Source of the DNA: Octopus sinensis
Taxonomy: Eukaryota
Reading direction: 5' to 3'
Length of the DNA: 64,000 bases
Assembly (NCBI RefSeq): GCF_006345805.1
Contig: NC_043003.1
Coordinates: 33,666,001 to 33,730,000, forward strand
Shown in pieces: positions 27,981 to 41,360 of this stretch. The stretch's first letter is position 1. Every line of letters begins with the position of its first letter. The translations under genes and the position numbers were made by a program. The notes beneath the pieces were generated by a model. That model had not been told where the DNA came from, made no database searches, and saw only the letters and a list, made by a program, of their open reading frames with translations.

Positions 27981-28609
27981 ATACAGACTACAGCATACAA
28001 TTACCCTCAAACTAGCAGTTATAACGATAAATACAATAGGGCTTAGAGCTGATATATCTGCTTATAACGTTAGCAAGTGTTACGAAACCTTTACCAGCAC
28101 AGTAACTAACTGTAGTTTATTCCTGTGGAAGATTGTGAATATTTCAAGTCAACTTGGGAAATTGAAGGAAATAATCAAAGCAATATAGTTTCTTTCTTAC
28201 TTTCTACAATTAAATTGCACATAGTATTATACCAAAACATTTTTACCTCTAATATTCTGAGAGACTTATTTCTGGCTTATATTGTAAATAATCGTAGTAT
28301 CAAGAGTCAAGTAGCCTTGTATGTAGCGATGGGATGTACTTCAAAAAGCTGACGGCCTTCGCAAATCCTAAAGATATGTACATTCTAATCATAAAGACAT
28401 CAAACTTCATATTTCGAGATATCTATAGTACTTTGTTCCTGTAAATATTTCTCTTATTTCAGAGATATATTCATTTAAAAGGGTTCCAGATGATAACATG
28501 TTATGAACTAACGAAATTTAGCGTAAATATGTTCAGAACCCATGACTTTTCTAGGCATTCTTAGTCTAGGGAAATTGATGCAATTAGTATTATGTTTAAA
28601 CTGTTGCAG

Positions 28610-28701
28610 ATGATGAAGAGATACGCGAAGGCCAATGTTCTGGAGAGGAAGGATGGGAGCATAGTGGTTCATGCAAGGAAAGTCGAGTAGACCAGGGGAC
28701 G
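28610..28701 (+). CDS. Candidate 92-nt exon (xDEEIREGQCSGEEGWEHSGSCKESRVDQGT), unidentified host gene
   Basis: tgtttaaactgttgcag acceptor, consensus ACG|gtaagt donor, about 50% GC; only the phase-1 frame is open; no repeat similarity noticed. Confidence 0.45.
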
Positions 28702-30004
28702 GTAAGTGATAGAAAAAGGAGACTAATGAGCGCCGAAGTGCAGAAGCCTTTATTGTAACGATAGAAAAGAAAGACAGGACATTTCGCTCATGAGTTAGAG
28801 GATTGGATTTTCCTGTTATTAATTGATTGCAAATCCATTTCGTTGATCTCATCTGGATGCGATCAAGGATATCTGCATGCGTATAAGTAACACAGTTTAA
28901 TCGATGGGAACGATATTTTAATGTCGATCTCACTTCAACCTTGTAAAGTGTCAGCAGCTGTTAGAGGTTCAAAAATCTTTTTACTCTAAAAGAAACACTA
29001 GTCTTTAGAATACGGTCTTAAATATACGAAGGCTGTACTTTCACCTGGGGTAACCCTTAGTGATAGTATTTGGAGCGACTGTGTGAAAACTCTAAGTGCT
29101 GCACATGTGTAAGGTGCGAAGTGAAGGTGCAGATAATATTTCAGCCTTGACATCTGTATCTGTTTCAAGATTAATATCGATTATTTTACTACCAAGTTTA
29201 AAAAATACATTTGCCTTTCTTTTGTCTTTTTTTTTTTTTGTTTTCATATTTTCACATTTTGACATGCTGGAAGTAATCTCAAATTCCATACTAGCCGCCT
29301 TCAAAACACACTAAATTATATATTTGGAGACAACGTTTGGAATGGCTGAATAACTCGACCCTAAGGAACAAGTGAGCGTAATCAGCAGTAGGCGTGCTTA
29401 TCGCGGCACAAACCAGAAAAAAATAACCTTGTGGATCCTTGGATAGGACACGATGATGGCTCAGATGTTTGACCACGGATGCAGTTGAATGTAGGGATAG
29501 CTGTGCAAAAGGATTGCTTTATTTGAAGACCAATAGATGCGCCTACAATTGGACCGTTGCTCTGAACTTGGTAGGCACATGTTTGATACTTGGTAATGAG
29601 TATGACCTGTTCAACACTGCACTCACTCACAAAGCGATATCTAAAATCACAAGATAACAAATATTAAATTCATTGAATATTATATCATGTTTAAAGCTAT
29701 GTGGCATAGCCATTTAGGGCTTTATTCTAAATAATCCAATCGTATCGAAGCTGAGTTCTTATGCTAAAATGGATGAGTCTATTTATTATGTGTGCTCCGT
29801 TTGGCGTGCTAATCGACTATCTCCAATATTTTTATATCCCAATGTACAAGATGGACCTTGGACTTTTTCTTGCTTCATTCGTCCTTTTGATAAGTATTAT
29901 TTTGCCTAATAGGTTGCTTAGAGCCCGCCTCGTTAAGTTAGCTTATAGAGAATTCCGGTTTAGTAACCGATGCCCTGATCATATACAAGATGTTAGTTAA
30001 GTTA

Positions 30005-30375
30005 AGTTAAGTTAATTTTTTGGATCGAAAAGCAAAAAGCAAGGCCATGTAGGGGGACATGGAGTTACAGGGAGGGTGTTCATGCAAAGAGTTCAGGCCA
30101 TTTCTGGTCAAGAGAAACTTTGAACCGAGCGGTTGTCGGCATCTTCACTATCTCGTCCGGCAGCTTATTCCACGGATCCGCAACCCGGACGGAGAAAGCC
30201 CCTCTCCTTCGATTGACATGAAATCGTCGTTGATAGAGCTTTTAGGAGTGACCCCGCAGCCGACGCTCTGGAGCAGGAGTGAAGAATAGCTCTTTCGAGA
30301 GGTTACACTTTCCGCTTATGATGTTGTGAGCAAGAATGAGATCACCACGGCGTCGTCGTTTTTCTAGAGAATAAA
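30005..30375 (-). mobile_element. CR1-type LINE 3' end with (TAACT)n tail
   Basis: RRRRGDLILAHNIISG..RLRGHS*KLYQRRFHVNRRRGAFSVRVADPWNKLP..FKVSLD; gttaagttaagtta tail on the plus strand. Confidence 0.9.
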
Positions 30376-31171
30376 AGATGTATTGAATTGCAAAGTAAAA
30401 GTAGCACTTACTAATGACCTGACATGAAACAGCTATCACACATACTTGATCTTCAGTCAGCCGTTCACAAGATACGGTAACTTTCTGGCAAAGTACGATA
30501 ACTAAATATGTTTATAACAAAACTTATGATCATACATATGTTTTCCTGTATTATAATATTTAGTATTTCTGTCACTATTATACGGTCAGTTAGCACAAAA
30601 GAAGACTTAAAGAACTTGCCACAGAAATTTTGCAATAACGTTCATTAATAAAGTCCATACACCGCTAATTCAGACAATTGTAATCTATGATACCTATGTA
30701 GTAAGTCTGAAAAATAAGTCTTCGAAAATAAAGCATAAAACAACAGTTGATTAACATTCCACAAATTCTATTAACGGAGGGCTTAAAATATGCAAAACAT
30801 TCCAGCAGTTTGACATTTGATTCTTCGTGTTTAATTGTTCTCCAAAATATCACCAGAGGAATGTTTTCCGTTTAATTAAATTCATAAAAATGAAATAAAA
30901 TAAATAAAAAGGTAACGTATACAATTAAATGTAACTATTTACGCTTATATTGATAGATGTTTCTGTTCATACATCAAAAGCACGCATGCACACATCAATG
31001 TCTAAATCAATATGTGCATAAGTAGCTACATGCACACTGCTTGCAAATGCACACATAACTCGTACCATATGTATGTGCGTGCGTAGGCGCATGCACACAA
31101 CACACATATATATATATATATATACATATATATATGTTTGTATATATATATATATATATATTTGTATATAC

Positions 31172-31207
<36 letters not shown>

Positions 31208-31256
31208 GCTTGTACTTGTATAAGCTCGTTTGTGAATGTGTGTGAATGTACATACA

Positions 31257-31311
<55 letters not shown>

Positions 31312-31312
31312 A

Positions 31313-31344
<32 letters not shown>

Positions 31345-31424
31345 ATATATTATATATATATCATATATATATACACATTTATATATGCACATACATACAT
31401 GTATGTATGCATGCGTACATATAT

Positions 31425-31466
<42 letters not shown>

Positions 31467-32062
31467 TAGACACATAAATAACGATGCATAAATGCTTAAG
31501 GAGATACATAAAAAACACATCGTTCACTCTTGATAGCGTTTACACGGAAATAGGTATGCCTATTTGTGGCTGCTTCTGTCGCCTAGGAAGAGTAACAGAA
31601 ATAGATAGGTGTGAAATAGATAAACGTACAAATACAAGAGCATATGTGCGTCAGCTTCCTCTTTCTTCAGATATTGTTGTTTTCTATATTAATCCAAAGA
31701 AACCATTGATTTATAAGGCTATAAGTAACACCAAGTGAAATATATAATTTCGTAATTAGACATGACATCCTGAAATTGAGTATGTCTTTTTTTATTTTTG
31801 CTTTTTTTCTGAAGAGTGTGTTTGTGATGACGATTAATGTAGCTACTGTCCGTTAGACTTGAACCTGAGCCGTAATTTTTATTTGGGCGAAAGATGTGTA
31901 GTTTGTTTGGATTCGGTTTGTTTTTGCAATTTAGAAAAGTTTTCAGGATACATTTCAAGGATGCTTTACAGTACATTGTCAGTAATTCCCCTGGGGTCAG
32001 AGAGAGTTTCAGATCTTTCCACATTATACAATATCGCATACTTCAACCCACTATCGTTGACA

Positions 32063-32410
32063 GTGAAGGCACATGTCTTAGTGGTTAGAGTGCCTGGTCT
32101 GCAATTTTGATTCTATAATTTCAATTCCGGGACCCTAGCGTATGTTATCTTCTTGATGAAGACACTTTATTTCATGCTGTTCTAGTTCCCTTAGTTGCAG
32201 AAATGAGTTATGACGTCCCTGGAGCCGAGCTGTATCGGCCTTTCCCTTTCCCTTGATTACATTGGTGGTGAAGACAGAGGAGACTGGTATGCAATGGTGA
32301 CTGCTGGTCTTCCACAAGTGACTTTGCCGCTTCTTGCGCCTCGAAGGGTATTTTAAACTTTCTAGGTGCAATCCCATGGTCATTTATGATCGAAGGATGT
32401 CTTTACCTTA
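32063..32410 (+). mobile_element. tRNA-derived SINE (third family, RTE-like tail)
   Basis: gaaggcacatgtcttagtggttagagtg head, ttcaattccgggacc B-box-like, tail ggtgcaatcccatggtcatttatgatcgaagg. Confidence 0.7.
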
Positions 32411-32599
32411 TCGCTGATTAAATTCTAGGTTACACCGCAGTCATACCAAGCACTGGTCTGCCCTCTTTGTCCAAAATCATATTGTAAAATCCTCTGAGGT
32501 TTCAGTAACGGAAGGTATACCCTACCTCTTTTGATGCCCCAACTAACCCACGCCAAATTAGAGTTCTACAGGGTGATGCCCATATAGCCTTTATTCGGT

Positions 32600-33000
32600 T
32601 GCTACCTTAGATTTGATCGTACCGCGCCTGCTATTTTCGACTTCTGCACTAATTTGCCAGCTCCTGGATTCCAGCAAGCTTTCGCTCTTGAACTTCCTTC
32701 ATCCGTTCTTCCTAGGATAAAACCTTCACTTTTAAATACTGACACAATTTGTTTAAACAATAGAGTATATATTAAATCTTTATATACAAACTGTACACTG
32801 AACCGTTTCTGTTGGTTCTGTCATGAAACTATTTAGAATCTAAGTTATTAGACGAGGTAGTTCAGTATAATATACGGCTCTTAATTCCGTATTTACCTCA
32901 TAAGTTTATACCCACTTTTATACCCATGTGTGTGACTTGTATGCTCTGAGAAAGGTTCGATTTAAAGCAAACACGTATAGATCTATTCATATATCTGGTG
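32600..33000 (+). mobile_element. Possible Penelope-like 3' remnant
   Basis: LELPSSVLPRIKPSLLN resembles the PLE C-terminal LE..I...KP.LN; a degenerate ctgagaa..aaacacgta motif follows. Confidence 0.35.
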
Positions 33001-34369
33001 TTTCTGTTCTGATTTACCCCTTTACTTGTATGTGACACGCAGCATACATTTCTCTGCTGTCCGTACATCGTATCGGATACACTTTACCAATTTCCTTGAA
33101 CTAAGATAGTAACTTGGGATTTGCGAAAAGAAATCTTTATATTGTTCACGAAGTATGAAACAAGGTGTTGAAACAAGCTAGGACACTATGAAAAATTATG
33201 AAAATGATTTGGACAAGCAAAGGGTCAATAAAAATAAGAATTACTTTTCTAATAAATCTTATGACGTTAATTTCAGCAAAATGAATTCATCAAGAATCAA
33301 AAAGTTTTAAAAAATTAACGAAATGAAAATTCGAAAGTTATCATTTTTTACTTTTTTCCATCGGAAAAATAATGAATCATTAAAATGAAATTAAAGACTT
33401 TGAACTTCATAATATAGAATGAAAATAATATTTAGAACAAGTGGAATATACTAATATTCCATATAAAAAAGAGTAAACTCAGCAAAAATAAGCAAGCAAG
33501 ACATATTTTTGTGCATTAAAGAAGTTTAATATATTGTATAAAGCATAATGCATCCAAGAATTTGCTTTATTTTACAAAGCAAATATATATAAGTAAATAA
33601 AATAAGTCAGAACCGAGTGAATTTTGGGGACATAAGAACAAGCGTCTATAAAAGTATTGTGGTATTATATTAGTATGCGAATGATGGGAGAAAAATTCGA
33701 ATCTGATCAATATCTATGTTTTTCAGAACAAACACCAAAATGGCTGACTGCTCAAAATTTTGATGGTCAGAAATATCAACAGATTATATCTAGCAACTGA
33801 TATATCAGCATCGATTATTATGCATATATGCAAAATATTAAATATTCTCACGGATAAAAAATAGGAAAGTAAGAGTATAGAAATGTTTCGATAATTGCTA
33901 CAATGCAAAAAATGCAGCAAACAAAATCCAACTTATTGTAAAACAAGGTCAATTCAATCAGCAGAGAGATGAGCGGCAATATATCAGATATTGTCATGAA
34001 AGGAAAGAAGACTAAATGAAAAAATGCCAGTTGGAATTTGATATATGTTCATGTAGATTCTTTTCACATTCGGGAGGACATCGATCAAAATTGTGAGAAA
34101 TTATCAAAATTTTCAGAACTAGAAATTGAGGTCAACAGATATAATATAATATAATATAATAAATATAATATAATATAATATAATATAATATAATGCAATG
34201 TAATGTAATATAATGGCATGTATACACTGCAGACACACGCATCATACACACAAACACATACAGACGTTTGTGTGTGTGGGTGTATATGCCTGTTTATATA
34301 TGTATATGTGTATGTGTGTATATATGTATGTATGTATTTGTATAAATATATTTGAACATAGTTATACAT

Positions 34370-34560
34370 ATCTTACGCAAATAACTCTTGACCGAGGAGT
34401 GTTCTCTGGTCTTTTTATTTCAAAACCTCCACAAGTCGCTAATGTCGGACCCTGCATAATTGTGAGTAGAACGGTCTCGCTGATGGGGGAGCATTTTGGA
34501 CTTAGATAACAGTACTTCGGGTCTGAAGACTTTACTCTAAACCGAAAAGTTAGTACTCTC
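34370..34560 (+). mobile_element. Penelope-like pLTR with decayed hammerhead-like motif
   Basis: agtac..CTGAAGA(34523-34529)-ctttactctaaacc-GAAA(34544-34547)-agtt-agtact; ends in (CT)n(TA)n. Confidence 0.45.
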
Positions 34561-34570
34561 TCTATATATA

Positions 34571-35242
34571 GTTGAAAATATCGTTATAGGTATAAATATA
34601 CCATAAACAATTATATAAAAATGGAGGAGAAAAAATGTTGAATCGAAATTAGATTTAATACAAAATAGGATTCAATACATACACGCGTTTGAAAAGACAA
34701 TACAAATATGTAAGAAAAAATTATAACCATAGTAATTATAATTAAATTTATGCATTGTCATTTTCATAGGTGTGTGCAATTTTTGTAAGGACATCAAAAC
34801 TGGTTTAATAAAATAAAGTAAATTAAAATACGATAAAATAAAGGAGAATATGTCTGTCTTTTTCTCTTTCGTCTATCTTACTATTATTATTATTGCTATT
34901 TTCCCCCTTTTAGAATTTGCTTGTAAATATCCAATTTTTTTCCCTATTACCCCATTTGTATTCTCCCTTATTGTATCTATCTTATTTTAATTTTCTTTAT
35001 TATATTAAACCTTTTTTGGTGTCCTTACAAAAATTCGTCACACTGATAAAAATGGCAATGCATAAATTTAATTATAATTACAATGGTTATAATTTTTTCT
35101 TACATATTTGTATTGTCCTTTGAAAAGCGCGTATGTATTGAATCGTATTTTGTATTAAATCTAATTTTGTTCCAACATTTTTCTCCTCCATTTTTCTATA
35201 ATTGTTTATGGTATATTTATACCTATAACGATATTTTTCAAC
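34571..35242. repeat. ~280-bp inverted repeat with 108-bp spacer
   Basis: Arms 34571-34850 and 34959-35242 are reverse complements, about 85-90% identical by eye. Confidence 0.92.
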
Positions 35243-35377
35243 CACTTTTTTCATATTCTTATTACTTGCTCTGGCTGTTTTTTTATGAATATTATGAATC
35301 TTTATTCGAAATCATTCTTTTTCTCCTTTTTGAACTCTCAACAAGTTTGAATTCTTCTCTTTTGAACTTATTTTTTC

Positions 35378-35419
<42 letters not shown>

Positions 35420-35420
<1 letters not shown>

Positions 35421-35750
35421 ATACAATATTAGGGGATAAATCCAAACTTACAGGGAAAAATCAGATTTAGGATTAATCCAATTTTATAGTAAAATATTAT
35501 ATTATATCAAATTAGAGATAAAACCACTATTAGGCAAATCAAACTGTAATCATAACTCGAATTATTACGAATTGGACAGCCATGAAACGATCGTAGTGTT
35601 TTACTCGATATCTTTTATTAAAATTTTAATACTTTTGATATATATTTAAAATAATATAAATTAATTAAGTTTATGTATTGGCTTAAGTTTTTCATTGTTT
35701 GATTTGCCTAATAGTGGTTTTATCTCTAATTTAATATAATATATATATAT
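35420..35750 (+). mobile_element. Penelope-like pLTR insert between (TA)n tracts with 46-bp inverted end
   Basis: 35509-35544 is the exact reverse complement of 35697-35732; internal ATTACGA-attgg-acag-ccat-GAAAC-GATC-GTA hammerhead-like motif. Confidence 0.65.
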
Positions 35751-35799
35751 GCGGTATATATCTGCTCGATCTTTCATACATATCTTTCATTCAGCTCAT

Positions 35800-36700
35800 C
35801 TCATCCTATCACCCATGCTCCTCAATGTCGAGTCCAAACTAGCTCTCGGACAGATTAACCGGTCCAGCGGTAAAGTGCTTCATGACACTATCTGACACTA
35901 TATTTGCCTCATTACGTTTGGAACTGAACGCTCTCTGACTTATCCAGGTGAACCTTTCTTCCTGCAGCTATTTCCCATTTCTTTAGAATCTGCTCGAGAA
36001 CATTCTCTTCTATGGTGTCTAACTTTATTTGTTTGAGGCACTCCTTGACGTCGATACGGTTACCTGAGTTCGAACGGCATGTTCTTAAGAGCCAGCACAT
36101 GCTGAAGTGGAGTAGAGACATCCGGGACAGTGAGTGGTGCGGAAAGGTAACTTGAAATAATTTTCCGAACTGAGAAACGATCAGTTGTCGATACTTAATG
36201 TCAAGATTCTATATAAGAAATTGTATAGAAACTAGCTACCTTAAGGGCAGAGGCCAAATGCTGTTTGTAGACACTATCAACTTCAAACATTCTAAATTGA
36301 TGAAAATTGCATTATGTATCGCATGAGAGGTAAGTTGTCGTGGATAAGATATTCAGAAGCTCGGAAGTTTTCGCATCCTCGGCTTCATTACAACGACATG
36401 TCCCAGATTTTCTACTAAAACTTTGACTAGAATTTTAAAAGCTACTCAGAAATCTGCTTGAAAGAGAGTAGAGAATACACATCCTGTTCCATGTAACGCT
36501 GAGCTATGGATTTGTCGAAACATCGTGTCTCTGTTACCTAGGGCCAGCGGAGAAATTTCATTCCCTCGTATTTTAGCGCAAGCGTTTTAATCCTAGTGAG
36601 GCAGCCTCTATGGTTGAAGAATCGAGAGTCATGTTTCCGTCTGCACGTCAATTTCGATGTGATTACTAACCACCACAAACACCCAAAATTTGCTCACCAT
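35800..36700 (-). mobile_element. Decayed L1/Tx1-type RT region
   Basis: Minus-strand LKILVKVLVENL, HDNLPLMRYI, STPLQHVLALK, LKKWEIAAGRKVHLDKSE occur in RT motif order. Confidence 0.6.
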
Positions 36701-37734
36701 CTACATCTCTTATAGCAATTTGATTACTATAACATTGAATGTAGATTCCGGCTTGTACCGTTGACCACGAACAAGTCACTTCAGATTCCTGTAATTATAT
36801 TTAATCTAACGATTGCCATGGTGCTTCTCTCTATTTGAGTACCGCATCGCAGTGTCTGCGGTAGCCATTGCTTCTCAAGGCCTGCGTAATGTCAACAAAA
36901 AGGTTTATAAAAACACGAGAAAAAATAAACAGTTGCCAAAATATTCTGGCTGTTCCAGCTTCTTTATACATTTCCAATTTAGTTTTGTTCTTTAATGCAA
37001 CGTTTGTTTCGAGTGTCAAATGCTCTTCCATCCAAATTTCTCTACTCCCTCGTTTCATAGAAAGCTCCTTTCATTCTCTAAATAGTTTATTTATTATTGT
37101 TTTAACTTTTCTATCTTATAGAAAAAATTTAATATAATTTTAGTCACATTTATGTATTATTTGTTGTCATTGTTATTTCTACACTTATTTTGTGGCTTTG
37201 TGCGTAAGCATATTTGCCTGTGTGAATGTGGGCGAATGTGAATGTATGCGAATGTAAATGTATGCGTATTATATGTGGCTTTATATACGCAAATACATGA
37301 ATGAATATACATATACATGTATGTAACTATGCAAGAATGTATGTATGCACATATGTGAATATATTTATGTATATATGTATGCATATATTTTATCTCATTC
37401 TCTCTCTATATGTATATATATATATACATATATATATACACACGCATGCTTCCACATATACACATACACCTATATACATACATATATATATGTGTATATA
37501 TATAAAAATATGCACATATAAATATATATATATATATGCATATATATCAATGTATATATATATATATGTGTATATATATATATCAATGTGTATATATAGA
37601 TATGAATATATACCAATGAATATATATGTGTGTGTATATATCAATTTATATATATGTGTGTGTGTATGTGTGTGTGTATCAATATATATATGTGTGTATA
37701 CATATATATAAATCTATAATTATGTATATATATA

Positions 37735-37774
<40 letters not shown>

Positions 37775-38439
37775 CATATAACAGGCACGCATAAATTTGT
37801 TTTTATTTTTTACGAAGCCAAACTCACTCATGACTTTTAATTTTCTTTACATGTCATTCTGTCAGTTCCAAATCCTTGACTACCATTCCTATTTTCTCTT
37901 CATTATCTTTTATTTCTGATATTTATTTAGTTTATTTGATTTATATGAGTGTATGTGTATGTATGTGTAAATTCGGCGTTGCGACACAGATATCAGTATG
38001 CAATTAAATCTTCGCCTATGCATACATTTATGTGTATGTGTCTATACGATGTTCTGTATATGAGCGAGCTGGATGCGTATCAACCTCTGTAATGTATTTG
38101 TTTCTTGAAGTGTTTGCTCTTAGCCGCTTCTTTTCTCACCTCTCCACCTTCTCTTGCAGCAATTCACTGTCGCTCTCTTGATTAGTAAGCTTAACCAAAT
38201 AACGTGCTCATAAGTTATTTCCCTTGTCTTTGAATCGATGAAGAACACTCTCTTTCATTCCTACCCTCTCTCTCTCTCGATCATTCGTTCATTATCTTTT
38301 TACTATCTTTCAGGCTCTCACTCTTTCACATTTTCGCTCACTAATTCCCATTCTCTCTCTCCTTCTCCTCCCCCTCTCTCTCTCCCCATCTATCTATCTA
38401 TCTATCTTCATGTTTTATAAAAAACTTTTTCTTCTCTGT

Positions 38440-38546
38440 CTTTATTGCTCTCCGTCTATATGATCCCCTCCATCATCACCTCCATCATCATCCCCACTAT
38501 CATCAGCAACACCACCGCTATCCTCCTTCTCCTCCTCCTCCTCGTC

Positions 38547-38587
<41 letters not shown>

Positions 38588-38679
38588 GAACTTCATCAAC
38601 GCCAACGACTTCATTATCCCCATTATGAACTTCTCTTGTCACTAGTACTATTATTCCATCTTCTACTCCTCCTTGAATG

Positions 38680-38729
<50 letters not shown>

Positions 38730-39050
38730 TTTCATCTACTTCAGATTCTCGCCAACTTTTCCTCTGCATATATACGAAATTGTATTTTCGATTTCTGTTT
38801 TATTCCCATATCCTTCCCTTCGTTATCAGGAACAACGACAGTTATATCCCCTCCCCCGCCGGCACCACCTCCTCCTCCTCTCATCATCCTCATCATCATC
38901 ATCATCATCATCACATCATCATCATCCTCCTCCTCATCATCATCATCATACCACCGCCACTACCGACACTACCATCATCATCATCATCATCATCCATATC
39001 AGGATTGTTTTCTCCTTTTTTCACCTTAACAATCATAATAATTATAATCA
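38440..39050. repeat. Mosaic of (CAT)n, (CCT)n and (TAC)n trinucleotide repeats
   Basis: Direct reading. Confidence 0.9.
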
Positions 39051-39076
39051 TTATTGCCAGTCACGTCATATGTATG

Positions 39077-39238
39077 CATGGCTGTATGGTTAAGACGCTC
39101 GTTTTGTCTCCATGTGGTTTGAGGTTCCGTTCCAAAGCACAACTTCAACAAGCGCCGTCTGCTATAACCTCGGACCCACAAATGCCTTGTGAATTATTCT
39201 TGTGTCCAAAGACTCTGTTGCATGTCAGTTGTGTATAT

Positions 39239-39240
<2 letters not shown>
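39077..39240 (+). mobile_element. Old SINE family B head/body
   Basis: gcatggctgtatggttaag head; ctataacctcggacccacaaatgccttgtgaatt body. Confidence 0.55.
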
Positions 39241-39279
<39 letters not shown>

Positions 39280-39512
39280 ACAAGATATATTTTCTTCACG
39301 TATCCTTAATTTAGGTGTTCGGCCGAAGACGTGGAAGCTTTACTACCATAATGTAGTGATTATTCTCCCCTTTAATATATTTCGTTTTTTAAATACAAAT
39401 GGGGAACAATGAAAGTTAGTTAGAGTCCCAAGGAGCCATTCGCTGACTTATTACATTCCTTATGAAAATATTGGCAAGGATGTTATTGTAGCTCCGGGTG
39501 GACACATATGTA

Positions 39513-40205
39513 CGAGATGGTACCCAAAACTAACCGGAAATGTTCTATGTGAAACAGACCCGCTGTAGCTCGGGCTTCCGTCGCTAGAAGCCACTAGATG
39601 CAACCTTCAGGCATCAGTTTGCCGACCGACGTCGTCAACTACTGTGGTACTCCCTCGTGGCGCGTTTTTGTGTTGCAGTGCTTCTCCCGCTGATCGTTGA
39701 TTTTTGCAATTACTGAAACAAGGGAACAACATGTTTCTGCGAAATTCTATTTTCTGCTGGGGAAAGCAGCGGCAGCCGAAACAATTGTCATGCTTCAAAC
39801 AGTTTACAAGGATGCTGCCATGAGCAAAACAAAGATGTACGTGTGATTTTTACGTTTTAGGAATGGAAACTTATCGTTTGAAGATTAACTTCGTTCAGGG
39901 CAACCGTCGACCTCCCGAACGAATGAAGAGATCATGAAAATTCATGAACTCATCTTGGTGAACCGTCACTGATCAATTGAAGAACTTGTTGATATGATCG
40001 GTCGGTCCTGGACCTCCTGCGAACGAATTTTGACCGAGGAATTGCAAATGAAAAGAGTTGCAGCACAATTTGTGCTTCGCTTCCTTGTGAAGATCAAAAG
40101 CAGTTCCAAATGAATGCGTGTCGTGAACTAAAAGAACAGCTAGGAATTGATCTGGACCTCCTTTCGAAGGTCATCGCTGGTGACGAAAGCTGGTGGTATG
40201 GAGGT
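39513..40205 (+). mobile_element. Mariner 5' half (TIR, HTH, first catalytic Asp)
   Basis: TA|cgagatggtacccaaaactaaccggaa TIR-like start; KFYFLLGKAAAAETIVMLQ..RSGQPSTSRT..MKRVAAQFV..KVIAGDESWWYG, with stops. Confidence 0.9.
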
Positions 40206-40424
40206 GTTAAAAGGCACACACACACCACACACACACACACACACACAGAAAGAGAGAGATACAAACGTGTGTATGTGTGTGTGTTTGTTTGGTTGGAGTT
40301 GATCTGGACCTCCTTTCGAAGGTCATCGCTGGTGACGAGAGCTGGAGGTACGGAGGCGTTAAAATGCACACACACACACACACACAGAAAGAGAGAGATA
40401 CAAACGTGTGTGTGTTTGTTTGTT

Positions 40425-40430
<6 letters not shown>
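40148..40430. repeat. Tandem duplication of a ~150-bp unit spanning the mariner break point and a (CA)n tract
   Basis: ttgatctggacctcctttcgaaggtcatcgctggtgacga...cacacagaaagagagagatacaaacgtgtg occurs twice. Confidence 0.9.
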
Positions 40431-40483
<53 letters not shown>

Positions 40484-40769
40484 TGTGTGTGTTCATTATG
40501 TATGAATTTACAAACTTCAAGGGAACGTGAAGTAATTCTTTTTGGGAAAGGAGAAACTCGATGCAGATAAAATTGGAGATAATAGTAAATAAAGAATTGG
40601 TTAAAAAACCGTTTAGATAGAAAAAGTAGAAGGCTGGTAAAGATAAAATTTCTAAAATAGATACAGATGCGGATGATGTATCTATTTCTGTGAAGTCGGG
40701 GTGCAAGTCTATTAATGTATTTGAATTTAGAGAAGACGGAGAGAGAGAGCGGGGGGGGGAGATTCGCTG

Positions 40770-41165
40770 GGCGTGTGTCTGAGTGTTGTGTGTGTCCTTT
40801 ATTACTATTATTCCTACTGTTGACAGTGGGGATATTGGTAGTGAAGCATCTGCTACTGATATTGCTGGTGTTGTTGTTTCCGATATTGCTGTTACAACCG
40901 TTTTTGCTGGTTTTGCTTGTGTTGGCATTCTTCGAGTGTTTGCTGAATTTACTGTTCCTGTTACTGACGATGCTGTTGTGGCCAGGGATGGTGCGCGCTA
41001 TTGTTATTCATTGTTGCTGGTTTAGTTCATGAGGTTTTTGAAGATTTGTTGTTGGCAGTAAGGAGGTTCTATGGTTTTCTGTCTTGTATTTAAGGTAGAA
41101 AGCTCTCAAGTTCCCGTTTCTACAAACAGGTGGCACGGTGCTTTTTCTACTACCAAACATGACAA
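40770..41165 (-). mobile_element. L1/Tx1-type ORF1-like remnant (Thr/Ala-rich)
   Basis: Minus-strand ggtagtagaaaaagc..ctttctacc..atagaacc..aaacctcat aligns by eye to plus-strand 18410-18560. Confidence 0.45.
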
Positions 41166-41194
41166 GTAGCTCTTCCCATTCTGGTAGGCAAATG

Positions 41195-41360
41195 AAATTT
41201 CATGGGAAGGGTGAAGTCGATTACATCGACCCTAGTGCGTAACAAGCATATATTTTATCCATTGCGAAAGGATGACCGGCAAAGTCAACCTCGGCGGACT
41301 TTGAACTCAGACCGTAAGGGTTCACTAAATCCACGAGGATTCTGCCAGCTCGTCGCCTTC
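41195..41360 (-). mobile_element. Degenerate SINE family A
   Basis: gtcgattacatcgaccc..aaagtcaacctcggcggactttgaactcag. Confidence 0.65.

Noticed and set aside
28508-28933. 141-aa minus-strand ORF
   Set aside because: No recognisable motif; it is largely the antisense shadow of the GC-richer exon candidate.
29382-29660. Overlapping ORFs on both strands
   Set aside because: No motif, weak donor, no phase-compatible partner.
38160-38184. 25-nt exon candidate with strong pyrimidine tract and gtaagc donor
   Set aside because: The pyrimidine tract is part of general CT-rich low-complexity sequence and there is no independent support.
40359-40928. 189-aa Thr/Ala-rich ORF as a mucin-like gene
   Set aside because: Its 5' part is homologous to the LINE ORF1-like piece at 18410-18700 and the rest runs through microsatellite.
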